From a virus (Duplodnaviria; Caudoviricetes), in the IMG/VR virus record IMGVR_UViG_3300027522_000029, positions 1 through 26,410 of that record: a stretch of 26,410 nt of DNA; one strand, 5' to 3'. This document shows positions 1 through 8,697 of this stretch, in pieces. The notes beneath the pieces are model-generated. The model made no database searches and was not told the origin of the DNA. It saw only the letters and a list, made by a program, of their open reading frames with translations. Numbering within the stretch: the first letter of the stretch is position 1; the number at the start of each line of letters is the position of its first letter. A program made the translations under genes and the position numbers.

Positions 1-200
1 GCTTGACCGTAAAGAGCATAACTGAGTGCGTTGATGATTGTGGTTTTACCCGTGCCATTTCTAGCGCCAGAGTCATCACCTCCTTGATCATAGTTAGCAC
101 CAAGCACTAACGTTAAGTCTTTACGGTCAAAGTCTACAGCCTGGGTCTGATTGCCCACGCTCATGAAGTTCTTTACTGATAATGCATTTATTTTAAACAT
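1..200 (-). CDS. gp46: Recombination endonuclease ATPase subunit, T4 gp46/SbcC/Rad50-like (N-terminal part; runs off the window edge)
   Basis: Not in the ORF track. Manual translation from ATG at 200: MFKINALSVKNFMSVGNQTQAVDFDRKDLTLVLGANYDQGGDDSGARNGTGKTTIINALSYALYGQ. It has the KNF(M/L)S start and Walker A (NGTGKTT) of SMC/Rad50/gp46 ATPases and lies 11 bp downstream of the gp47-like gene. Confidence 0.92.
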   Translation of the reverse strand, partial: MFKINALSVKNFMSVGNQTQAVDFDRKDLTLVLGANYDQGGDDSGARNGTGKTTIINALSYALYGQ

Positions 201-211
201 ATTTTATTGTA

Positions 212-1222
212 TTATAAATTCCTGTAAATGTCTAACATTAACTGTCTGTCATATTGAGCAGTTTCAAGTTGAGTTAGGTGGCTAGTTACTATGCTATCAA
301 CACTTTCAAAGTTTACTTCGCCATCAAACGATTGTGCATGTTCTTCAAGATCAGTCTTCTGAATTAAACTAAGCTCACGCAAGTTATACTGTGGGACGAA
401 CTGCTCTTTAATAAATGTTGCTTCTTCGTAACTAATGTCAACATCAATTTCAACACGACAATACATGTTAGATAGCAGTAAACGGTCTGTATCTTCAAGT
501 ATCTCACTGAGACGAAACTTTCTATACTTAGGAGCGTCCGGCCAGGGAATATAAACTGGATCCTTTCCCCAATCCAATATCATACACCCACGGTCATCAT
601 CGCCAACATCAGCATAGTTGTGCGGGAAAGCATTGCCAATGTATGTAATGTTCTTACTAGTTTGCCGTTTATGGAAATGACCAGTAAACACTGTCTCACA
701 TTTAAGATCATCACGCCGCAAATCACCAACATCAGGCATTTGCACCATAGCATTCATATAAAAACTAGGGAGTTCAAAGTGCCCAAACATATATTTGGCT
801 TCGATCTTCTTAATCTGTTTATGCTCGTCACCAACTAGCCAGGGTGTAATGCAAACATCATCAACAGTTGTAATCTCATCAAACAGCCTAACGTTTTCAT
901 ACTTCTTTGCCCAAACAACACTGTTCATCTCTCGAGTGTCACGGTAATGCTCGTCGTGGTTACCGGGTATAAAAATGATTTGGTCAAATGCCGCACTGAG
1001 TTTATCAATAGCTTGTACACTATAGTTTAGTGTTCCAATCTGAAGGCTAGCACGATTATTATGCCAATCACCCAAAAACACACAAGTTTCACAGTTTTGC
1101 TCTTTGCCAGTTTTAATAACAAATTCTACAAAATCTAAACAATCTTGGTTGTGTGTGCGGCTATTTGATTTTAATCCAAAGTGAATATCAGTAAAGAATA
1201 TCGCTTTTTTAAATAGGTTCAT
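212..1222 (-). CDS. gp47: Recombination endonuclease nuclease subunit, T4 gp47/SbcD/Mre11-like metallophosphoesterase
   Basis: 336 aa with the calcineurin-like phosphoesterase motifs DIHFG, GDWHNNR, GNHD, GHFE and GHFH; adjacent to gp46-like gene; start overlaps the sigma gene stop (ATGA at 1219-1222). Confidence 0.93.
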   Translation of the reverse strand: MNLFKKAIFFTDIHFGLKSNSRTHNQDCLDFVEFVIKTGKEQNCETCVFLGDWHNNRASLQIGTLNYSVQAIDKLSAAFDQIIFIPGNHDEHYRDTREMNSVVWAKKYENVRLFDEITTVDDVCITPWLVGDEHKQIKKIEAKYMFGHFELPSFYMNAMVQMPDVGDLRRDDLKCETVFTGHFHKRQTSKNITYIGNAFPHNYADVGDDDRGCMILDWGKDPVYIPWPDAPKYRKFRLSEILEDTDRLLLSNMYCRVEIDVDISYEEATFIKEQFVPQYNLRELSLIQKTDLEEHAQSFDGEVNFESVDSIVTSHLTQLETAQYDRQLMLDIYRNL

Positions 1223-2085
1223 TTTTTCTGTTTTACTTCTATTGTAGTTACTTTAGGAGGAGTTAATTTATCTAAATCTGCTAGAGCTTTCATCTTATCT
1301 TGATTTTCGCTCTGTCTAGTGTAACTTGGATTTAATCCATTGTGTTCTAGAATATCATCACGAATACGCTGGCCCTTTTTCTCAAGGTTTAATACTCTAG
1401 TAAAACTATTAGTTACAGCCGCAGTATAGTAAGCAAACGGGTTGTCACTCTTGCTTTCGTCAAACTGTAACCCAATGCGGCTTAACTGAAGTAATCCTGC
1501 TCCCTGCATTTCGTCGTTATAAGTGTATCCACGCCAGTTACTTCTGCTTGCATAACGTTCAACTAGTTTTATAAACATCATAGCAAGTTTATCTGTCATC
1601 CCGCCATGTGTTTTACTAAAGTTCCCGTTTTGCAATCCACCTTCCCAGTGACTCTTGCCTACACAAATTAATTCATTGTTCTCGTCAAACTTCCAGTGTT
1701 GGAACGGAGGAAAATTGCATTGTGTGTGATGATCAGCAACTGTCTTAGGTGTTTTCTTTCTACCTGGTTGCAACGGAACGTGATCAAACGTCATAATCCT
1801 AAAGATTAAGTCTGTCTTTGGAACTTTCTTCCAATCAATTAAAAATTCAGCTTGTTTCACTGACGTATTGCCGCTCATATAAGTTTCCTCATAATTGTTT
1901 CTAGCAACACGGTCTGCACGATTTCGTTTAGCCTGTGCGACAGTTCTAATATTAATGCGTTCAATATTGGGCAAAATAAGGTCAAATTGGTTGTGACTTT
2001 CATCAAGGTAACTACAATATTTTGTTTTGCTCTTGTGAATCTCTGATAGTATGTCTCGATTACTAAGATATTTACGCTTTCTCAT
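1219..2085 (-). CDS. gp55: Late-transcription sigma factor, T4 gp55-like (288 aa; start revised from 2253 to 2085)
   Basis: N-terminal YLSNRDILSEI and C-terminal NWRGYTYNDEM...QFDESKSDNPFAYYTAAVTNSFTRVLNLEKK match gp55-family motifs. ATG at 2085 has an AAAGGAG Shine-Dalgarno just upstream (AGGAG at 2095-2091). The gp55-gp47-gp46 order is conserved in T4-like phages. Confidence 0.85.
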   Translation of the reverse strand: MRKRKYLSNRDILSEIHKSKTKYCSYLDESHNQFDLILPNIERINIRTVAQAKRNRADRVARNNYEETYMSGNTSVKQAEFLIDWKKVPKTDLIFRIMTFDHVPLQPGRKKTPKTVADHHTQCNFPPFQHWKFDENNELICVGKSHWEGGLQNGNFSKTHGGMTDKLAMMFIKLVERYASRSNWRGYTYNDEMQGAGLLQLSRIGLQFDESKSDNPFAYYTAAVTNSFTRVLNLEKKGQRIRDDILEHNGLNPSYTRQSENQDKMKALADLDKLTPPKVTTIEVKQKK

Positions 2086-2110
2086 ACTGACTCCTTTAAT
2101 ATATGCTACT

Positions 2111-2139
2111 ATTATATAGCCAATAAATACAAATAGCAA
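2111..2139 (-). promoter_or_regulatory. Putative sigma70-type promoter for the gp55-gp47-gp46 operon
   Basis: Minus strand reads TTGCTA (2139-2134), 17-nt spacer, perfect TATAAT (2116-2111), 25 nt upstream of the revised sigma start codon. Confidence 0.6.
2122..2129 (+). promoter_or_regulatory. Putative late promoter (AATAAATA, variant of T4 TATAAATA) for the baseplate operon
   Basis: cAATAAATAc ends 26 nt upstream of ATG 2156; the same motif recurs at 8669 and 25969; a gp55-like sigma is encoded next door. Confidence 0.65.
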
Positions 2140-2155
2140 TCTAGGAATGTAAGAT

Positions 2156-3037
2156 ATGGCTTTTAATTTTAATAATGTTATTAAAGCAGTCACTACTAAT
2201 GTAACAGGCTCGAACTTTGGTGTGGGCAATATAGTTGAGCAAGGGCTTAACAAAGCTATTCCTGGCGACGGCGCAGTATCTAAAATAGCAAAAAGTTTTC
2301 TTGGTGCGCAAGCTAACCGTTTAATTAATAGTCACTTAAATCCTGGAGGCGAAAATAGTAGGAATACTGATGGTATAATTGCGGCTTCAAGATTTGGCAG
2401 TAACAATGATACTCGCGCACGACTAGCATTAAGTCCAGCAAGCGGGCCTATTTTATACAGAGATCCATCAAATAGTTTGTTGAGCCCTCTTGTTGAAACT
2501 GATGGTATAGTGTGGCCTTATACTCCCAACATAAACGTTTCATACAGCGCCGCATATACAGGGAACCAAACAGTTCATAATAACTATCAAAGTCAAAGCT
2601 ATGGCCAAAGCACTGTAGAACAGATAACCTGTGTTGGCCAATTTACTGCCAATACTCAGCGTGAAGCTGCTTACTTACTAAGCGTGTTACATTTCTTAAA
2701 AAGTGCTACCAAGAGTTTCTTTGGGCAAGACACAAATCGCGGAACCCCACCGCCTGTACTTAGATTTAGCGCACATGGTCCTCATATGTTTAACAGTGTT
2801 CCGGTAGTAATTGCGAATACTAGTCAAGATTTTGAAGGACAGATTGATTACATTAATGCTCGTGTTGCAGTTGGCGACGGCGGTATTGATGCAACAACTA
2901 GAGTCCCTAGCTTAATTAACATAAACGTTACCTTGTTGCCAGTTGTCAGCAGAACTGCACAAACTAGATTTAGCCTCGAAAAATACGCTAGGGGTGGATT
3001 AATTGGCAAGGCGAGTGGCGAAGGAGGTATGCCATAA
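2156..3037 (+). CDS. Baseplate/tail-tube initiator-like protein (T4 gp48/gp54 or CIS tube-initiator-like)
   Basis: 293 aa; WPYTPNINVSY...ITCVGQFTA...LHFLKSATK...GTPPPVLRFSAHG...VPVVI pattern typical of tube-fold baseplate proteins; first gene of the module, directly before the LysM/gp53-like gene. Confidence 0.6.
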   Translation: MAFNFNNVIKAVTTNVTGSNFGVGNIVEQGLNKAIPGDGAVSKIAKSFLGAQANRLINSHLNPGGENSRNTDGIIAASRFGSNNDTRARLALSPASGPILYRDPSNSLLSPLVETDGIVWPYTPNINVSYSAAYTGNQTVHNNYQSQSYGQSTVEQITCVGQFTANTQREAAYLLSVLHFLKSATKSFFGQDTNRGTPPPVLRFSAHGPHMFNSVPVVIANTSQDFEGQIDYINARVAVGDGGIDATTRVPSLININVTLLPVVSRTAQTRFSLEKYARGGLIGKASGEGGMP

Positions 3038-3339
3038 TGGCTGTAGAATACAGACAAGATAGTCCATATGCACAGACAAGAATGCAAGGAACATTTTTAG
3101 ACATTTATGAACCCAGACCTATTCCAAGTTATGCTGATGATGTTTTGTTTACTATTAATACAACATACCAGTATAGACCTGATCTTCTTGCATATGACTT
3201 GTACAAAAATGAAGGTCTGTGGTGGGTTTTTGCAGTTAGAAATCCTAATTCAATTGAAGATTCAATCTGGGATTTTCAGATAGGTAAGAAGATTTATATA
3301 CCTAAACAGGATACTTTAACTACAGTACTGGGAATTTAA
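3037..3339 (+). CDS. gp53: Baseplate wedge subunit, T4 gp53-like (LysM-like)
   Basis: 100 aa with RPDLLAYDLY...LWWVFAVRN...GKKIYIP, the gp53/LysM-type signature; TAATG overlap with the upstream stop. Confidence 0.8.
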   Translation: MAVEYRQDSPYAQTRMQGTFLDIYEPRPIPSYADDVLFTINTTYQYRPDLLAYDLYKNEGLWWVFAVRNPNSIEDSIWDFQIGKKIYIPKQDTLTTVLGI

Positions 3340-3340
3340 C

Positions 3341-6046
3341 ATGGCTCTTAGTGTCACATCTGTTAAAGACCTAGGATTTACTAGACAGTTTAAACTTTCT
3401 GATGGCAGAGTAGTACGAGAATCAGAACTAGCTGGGCTCGGGTTGGCTACACCACCAGCCCCTGCGCCTCTAGATGCTGATGTTTTTATCGAGCCCCCAA
3501 TCGGCAGTTCAACGGCTACTAATTTTATATTATCTGCTGAAGAACTTAAAAGAAAGGTTAATGCTGCAAATAAAAACCAACCAAATTCTCAATCAAACAT
3601 TGGGCAAACCAGCGAGACCTCTGGGCAAAATTCTCAACAGCCAGAGCCTGCAGCATCTGCTCAAAATTCTAGATTAACTAATCCTGCAAGTAATTTTCAA
3701 GAACCAGGAGCAACACCAGAAAATGTTCTAGGTTCTGGAGTTGCTGTTGCAACGATGAAAGCTGGTCAAAATGTTATAACTGCTAACGGAACAGCTAGAA
3801 ATTCTAAATCTAGGAATGGCGGCGGGTTAAGTCCAAATTTTGAATCGATTAGTATTGATCCGCGACCAAACCAACTTAGTGAGTATGCCTCTCATACATA
3901 CAATATTGCGCTTTATATGATGCAACCTGCTAATTATGTAAAGTTACTAAAAAACCCCAGCAGTGTAGCTCAGATTCCCAAACAACTAATTATGCGAAGT
4001 GGCGGAGTTGGTTTTGACGGTGGTGATAATTTTGATGTAGATTTTTTTATTGATAATCTACAAATGACTAACCTGGGGATTAGCCCCAACACTAGAACTA
4101 CGAACACAAATGCTGTTAAAATTAGCTTTGAAATTACCGAACCAATGGGTGTAACACTTATTGAACGGTTAAAAAATGAAGCAAAAAATTCTCTCGGAGA
4201 AGGTGAAAACTATACAAATACTCCGTACTTGTTAGAGATTACCTTTAAAGGGTACAACGACTCGGGTGAAGAAATAATCGGAGCAATTAAGCCTAAGTAC
4301 ATTCCTATTAAACTAACGAACATAAATTTTAGAGTTGAATCTACTGGCACAGTATACAAAGTTAGGGCAATTCCTTTTCATCAAGACGTGCTTGGTTCGA
4401 TATTCAGCACTATTCCTATTAATATACAAGTCAGTGCAGGTACAGTGAATGATATTTTTGGAGGAACTGCCCAACAATTTAAATATGAAACAGAGATTCT
4501 TGGCGATGAGTTTGGCTCAGCTGAATTTCAAGGCATAAAAACCCCGTTAGGAGACCCCAGTGCTGATTTATCTAAAGCAATTAACGATTACTTTGAATCA
4601 CAAACAAGAGAAACTACTGACAAAGATGGCAAGAAAATAGCATCTAGTACCGATATTGCTGATAAGTGGAGTTTTGAAATTGCTCCAGAAATTAAGAACG
4701 CTAAGTTAGTTGGTTCAAAATTTGATGCTCTCAATACTCCACAAAAGAATAACGAGGTATACAAACAAGCTGCATCAAAGCTCAGAGGGCAAGTTAATCT
4801 AGATCCAACGACTAACTTATTTAGAATTAATGGTGCGACGGACGTAGTGGCATTAATAAATTATATTGTTGTAGCAAGTGATTACGTTGACGAAAATATC
4901 GACGCGGCTAACGGCATTGCTAATAATTCCCAACAGTCTTCAAGTAACGTGGCTATTAAATGGTTTAAAATTATACCACAGATTCAGGAATCTCTTGGCT
5001 GGGACCATAAAGCAGGAAGATATAAATTTCATATTAAATGGACTATAGCAGTTCACGGAATGTATTACAGTGATTTTCCCTGGGCTCCGAAGACTACGCC
5101 TAAAGGGCAAGGGGTACATAAAATATATGATTACATCTTTAGTGGTTTAAATACAGAGATTACTGATTTAATACTGCAATTTGATAATGCTTTTTATAAC
5201 GCAAATACTATTGGCACTGGTATTCCTGCAGACAATCCAAAAGATAAATCTACCTGGGCACCTAAGACTAAATTTATAAACCAAAGCAAGCAGGGCCAAG
5301 GGATAATTAATGACACAACTGTTACGAAGAAACGAAGTAAAGATTTAATGTCTAACTTAATGTATGATGGTTATGATTTGATACAGCTTGATGTAGCTAT
5401 CCTAGGAGATCCTGCTTTCTTACCAATTGGTGATGCATTTTTCCAACCACAGGGGAATCGTGATGCTATTTTTGTAGAACCTTTTTTACCAGACGATACT
5501 ATTAACTATGACTTAACTCCGCCTTATGTCCAGATAAATTTAAAAACGCCATCAGACTATGATGAACTTACTGGACTTGTTGACCTTTCTGGTCAAGGAA
5601 AGTATACTACTAGTGAGTTTAGTGGCGTTTACCGGCTTACGTCATCTGAATCGACTTTTAGTGGAGGTATGTTTACTCAACGACTATATGGTTTTAGAGA
5701 AAAAATGCAACCTATTAATGGAAGAATAGGCAGAAGCTTAGAAAGCATCGAGCTTATAGACAGTAGAGATAATCAAGTTGGTGATTTAGCTGAAACATTG
5801 TTTAGTCTGCTGTTTGGCAAAGATCCAATAGGTACATTAATTAGCAAAGGATCTGCTGTATTATCTACAATAGGCGAAAGCGCAGTTACTGGATTTCAGG
5901 CTAATAGGATACAAAGATTGGCTGACGAAGCTGACCAAGGACAGTTTGCGGAAGGAATAGGCGATGAAGATGATACATTTAGCCAAATTCAAGACAACGG
6001 CAGAATTATCGATATCAGTGAAGTATCGACTATATTTGAGGAATAG
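3341..6046 (+). CDS. Baseplate hub protein (gp27/gpD/VgrG N-terminal-like), with low-complexity N-terminal linker
   Basis: 901 aa, located between gp53-like and gp5-like genes. C-terminal ILGDP...FSGVYRLTSSESTFSGGMFTQRL resembles the final barrel of hub/late-control-D proteins. Q/N/S-rich stretch at about 3560-3840. Confidence 0.55.
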   Translation: MALSVTSVKDLGFTRQFKLSDGRVVRESELAGLGLATPPAPAPLDADVFIEPPIGSSTATNFILSAEELKRKVNAANKNQPNSQSNIGQTSETSGQNSQQPEPAASAQNSRLTNPASNFQEPGATPENVLGSGVAVATMKAGQNVITANGTARNSKSRNGGGLSPNFESISIDPRPNQLSEYASHTYNIALYMMQPANYVKLLKNPSSVAQIPKQLIMRSGGVGFDGGDNFDVDFFIDNLQMTNLGISPNTRTTNTNAVKISFEITEPMGVTLIERLKNEAKNSLGEGENYTNTPYLLEITFKGYNDSGEEIIGAIKPKYIPIKLTNINFRVESTGTVYKVRAIPFHQDVLGSIFSTIPINIQVSAGTVNDIFGGTAQQFKYETEILGDEFGSAEFQGIKTPLGDPSADLSKAINDYFESQTRETTDKDGKKIASSTDIADKWSFEIAPEIKNAKLVGSKFDALNTPQKNNEVYKQAASKLRGQVNLDPTTNLFRINGATDVVALINYIVVASDYVDENIDAANGIANNSQQSSSNVAIKWFKIIPQIQESLGWDHKAGRYKFHIKWTIAVHGMYYSDFPWAPKTTPKGQGVHKIYDYIFSGLNTEITDLILQFDNAFYNANTIGTGIPADNPKDKSTWAPKTKFINQSKQGQGIINDTTVTKKRSKDLMSNLMYDGYDLIQLDVAILGDPAFLPIGDAFFQPQGNRDAIFVEPFLPDDTINYDLTPPYVQINLKTPSDYDELTGLVDLSGQGKYTTSEFSGVYRLTSSESTFSGGMFTQRLYGFREKMQPINGRIGRSLESIELIDSRDNQVGDLAETLFSLLFGKDPIGTLISKGSAVLSTIGESAVTGFQANRIQRLADEADQGQFAEGIGDEDDTFSQIQDNGRIIDISEVSTIFEE

Positions 6047-6048
6047 TA

Positions 6049-8256
6049 ATGGCAAGAAGTAGAGATTTTGCAAGTTCAGCTAAAGGTGGCGATGCCGACT
6101 TTAAAACTGAAGATATCCCCGGTATCAGGGAAGAAAAAGGCATTGTTATTGGTGTAGTTAAGGTTAATGCTCACCCTGCGAGCATGGGCAACCTAAGTGT
6201 ATTCATTCCTACCTTTGCCGATGCAGGAATTGACAATGTTAAGTCGCAATGGCGCCAAGTTAGATATTGTACCCCTTTCTACAGCAGGACAGAAGTGCTA
6301 GGTTCTGGTGATAATACTATTGTAACAAAGAACACTGCTGGTATGGTTTATCCATGTCCAGATATTGGAACTAAAGTTTTATGCTTCTTTCCAGAAGGCA
6401 GAAACCAAGATGGATTTTGGTTTGCTTGTGCCCCTGACACTTATATGATGCAAAGTTTGCCTGAGCCTGCGCTTACGTCTAATATTACTACAGAGCCAGG
6501 ACAGATTAGAGGAACTAAAGCACCAGGCGGCGAGTTTAACGACAACGATAACCGAACTGACGAGATAAAGAATTATTTAACTCCTAAAAGAGCCTTTGAC
6601 TTTTATACACACAGTATACTAAAAACCCAGGGAATAGATCAAGACGAAATTCGCGGACTAACTAGCAGTAACTATATGCGAGAAACACCAAGTGAACTGT
6701 TTGGTATTACAACCAAAGGCCGTCGTGTTGCCCCTAACGGTGTTGATATTGCAGACAATACGGCTATTATTGGCAAGTTAAAAAGCAATACTGACTTAAC
6801 TAAATCTGAGGCCGCAGCGGTTGAAGGCAAGTTTGCAAGAAAACATGGCCACAGTCTTGTAATGGACGACGGTGATATTGAGGGCAACAACAACTTAATA
6901 CGATTTAAAACTGCTGGTGGTCATCAAATTTTAATGCATGACACGGAAGATATAATTTATATTGGAAACAGCAAGGGAACATCTTGGATTCAAATGGATG
7001 CAGAAGGTCAGCTTGACGTTTATAGTAGATCTAACATTAACCTGAGAAGTAGAAATATCAATATGCATGCTGATTCTAGTATTAAGATGTTTGCTGGAAA
7101 CAATATTCAAATAGTAGCTGGGAATACCTTGCAATTAGAAGGCGGTAATCTAGCTCATATGTACAGTGACGGACAGGCACAAATGTACGGAGCCAAGAGC
7201 ATTGACATTAAGAGTGGATCTGGTTTAAATATAGAAGGATCTAAGGTAGGAATTAAAGCTGGTGGAAACATGGACCTGGAAGCTGCTTGTTTAGCACTTA
7301 ATGGCAAGGCTAGCGGCGCAAGAAACCAAAAAGCCGCAATTAAAAGTACTAAACCAGAAACTGTCCGTAACGGAAAGGGATTTTGGGAAGCTACTGAAAC
7401 ACTTAAAACTACTGTAGACAGAGTTCCTACTCACGAGCCATATTCTGAACATAAAACTACTACACAGGAATCATTATTGCGCTCTATTCAAATTGGCAAT
7501 GTACCCACAAGTGGAACTGTTTTGCTTACAGCATTAAATCAAGCAGTTAAAACAGATGGCCCTGGGCTTAGCCTAATTAAATTATTACCAAACAGTGAAA
7601 ATATTTTAGCATCAACTATTTTAAAACAAGCCGATATCAATGTTAATGTTGGAGACTTATCTAGTGATATAATTAAAAACCTAGCCGCCGCCACTGTAGA
7701 AAAAGCAGGCAGCGGAGGATTATTATCGTTTATTGATCCGATAACCAAGGCAGTTGGAAAATATGGCGCAGATGCAGTATCTCTAATTAATAATGGATTT
7801 GTTAGACCAGAAACGTTCTTTAACGGCGAGCTTGAAAATCCAAGAATGTGGACTAACAAATTAGGAATTGATGGGTTACAGTCTTTCCTTGGTGCTGGCA
7901 ATATTCAAGAAGATTTGTTTTTAACAGATGTGGTTGACGATTATCAAAACGCAATATTTACTGGTGCTATTCAAGATGATGATGACGAAAGCACTATTGC
8001 TGGAATGGTTATGGTTGCCCGAGCTGCTAACGCAACAGTTGCAAGCGACTTTCGAGAAGGAAGAGTTATTGACCCCAAACCAATTATTGGAACAGTAAAT
8101 ATAACTAGTGCTGATGGTATGGTTAAAGAATTAGCATCATGGTTCCAAAAAGGAGTAGCTGCTGTTAGTATGGTAGGCACTACGGATAATTTGGGATATA
8201 CAGATAAGTGGTATGACGATACTAGTAAAGATGACCTAGCACAGACTTGGTCTTAA
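6049..8256 (+). CDS. gp5: Baseplate central spike, gp5/VgrG-like (OB-fold + beta-helix + C-terminal lysozyme-like domain)
   Basis: 735 aa. OB-fold-like start (GVVKVNAHPASMGNLSVFIP...PCPDIGTKVLCFF), then GHSLVMDD...RFKTAGGHQILMHD...SWIQMD, then beta-helix repeats (INMHADSSIKMFAGNNIQIVAGNTLQLEGG). Immediately precedes gp25. Confidence 0.8.
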   Translation: MARSRDFASSAKGGDADFKTEDIPGIREEKGIVIGVVKVNAHPASMGNLSVFIPTFADAGIDNVKSQWRQVRYCTPFYSRTEVLGSGDNTIVTKNTAGMVYPCPDIGTKVLCFFPEGRNQDGFWFACAPDTYMMQSLPEPALTSNITTEPGQIRGTKAPGGEFNDNDNRTDEIKNYLTPKRAFDFYTHSILKTQGIDQDEIRGLTSSNYMRETPSELFGITTKGRRVAPNGVDIADNTAIIGKLKSNTDLTKSEAAAVEGKFARKHGHSLVMDDGDIEGNNNLIRFKTAGGHQILMHDTEDIIYIGNSKGTSWIQMDAEGQLDVYSRSNINLRSRNINMHADSSIKMFAGNNIQIVAGNTLQLEGGNLAHMYSDGQAQMYGAKSIDIKSGSGLNIEGSKVGIKAGGNMDLEAACLALNGKASGARNQKAAIKSTKPETVRNGKGFWEATETLKTTVDRVPTHEPYSEHKTTTQESLLRSIQIGNVPTSGTVLLTALNQAVKTDGPGLSLIKLLPNSENILASTILKQADINVNVGDLSSDIIKNLAAATVEKAGSGGLLSFIDPITKAVGKYGADAVSLINNGFVRPETFFNGELENPRMWTNKLGIDGLQSFLGAGNIQEDLFLTDVVDDYQNAIFTGAIQDDDDESTIAGMVMVARAANATVASDFREGRVIDPKPIIGTVNITSADGMVKELASWFQKGVAAVSMVGTTDNLGYTDKWYDDTSKDDLAQTWS

Positions 8257-8262
8257 AGGAGG
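8257..8262 (+). promoter_or_regulatory. Shine-Dalgarno sequence for the gp25-like gene
   Basis: AGGAGG 7 nt upstream of ATG 8270. Confidence 0.75.
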
Positions 8263-8269
8263 AACAGCA

Positions 8270-8641
8270 ATGGCGATGTACAGAGGGTTTAGTACCCTAC
8301 AAGGAAACTTTTCATCTACTAAAGTAGTAGACACAGAGTTAGTTAAACGTGATTTGTTAAATTCCTTTGCTATACGCAAAGGCGAAAAAGTTGGAGTACC
8401 AGGATATGGTAGTGGGGTATTAGATTTAGTTATGGAACCACTAACAGAAGAGGTAAAAAACTTACTTCTTGAGGAAGTTACATCAACTATTGCACAAGAT
8501 CCCCGTGTTGCTTTACAACAACTCGTTATTGAAGAGTATGAAAACGGATTACAAGCACAAATAAACTTATTATACGTACAATCTAACGAGAGCGAGAGCC
8601 TAATTATTAATTTTGACAGACAAGACGGCACAGTAAGCTAG
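8270..8641 (+). CDS. gp25: Baseplate wedge/sheath-initiator protein, T4 gp25-like
   Basis: 123 aa with DTELVKRDLLNSFAIRKGEKVGVPGYGSGVLDLVMEPL...DPRV, the gp25/GPW family signature; strong SD. Confidence 0.9.
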   Translation: MAMYRGFSTLQGNFSSTKVVDTELVKRDLLNSFAIRKGEKVGVPGYGSGVLDLVMEPLTEEVKNLLLEEVTSTIAQDPRVALQQLVIEEYENGLQAQINLLYVQSNESESLIINFDRQDGTVS

Positions 8642-8668
8642 CCTTTAATAGTAGTAGTTTATCACAGC

Positions 8669-8676
8669 AATAAATA
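8669..8676 (+). promoter_or_regulatory. Putative late promoter (AATAAATA) upstream of gp6
   Basis: cAATAAATAc in the 56-bp gp25-gp6 gap, ending 21 nt before ATG 8698, followed by SD-like AGGAAGGTGA. Confidence 0.65.
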
Positions 8677-8697
8677 CGATTATAGGAAGGTGAATCT

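Noticed and set aside
2131-2140. MotA-box-like middle promoter element (ATTGCTATTT on the minus strand)
   Set aside because: Imperfect match to TGCTT and positioned at canonical -35 spacing, so a plain sigma70 -35 is the simpler reading; no motA or asiA gene in the window.
2086-2253. 56-aa N-terminal extension of the sigma ORF (track start 2253) with a hydrophobic, membrane-like stretch
   Set aside because: It overlaps the divergent gene starting at 2156 and the promoter region. ATG 2085 has a good SD and coincides with the start of gp55 similarity. The hydrophobicity reflects AT-rich intergenic DNA.
8642-8697. Rho-independent terminator between gp25 and gp6 (also looked at 25965-25998)
   Set aside because: No GC-rich hairpin followed by a U-tract is visible in either gap.
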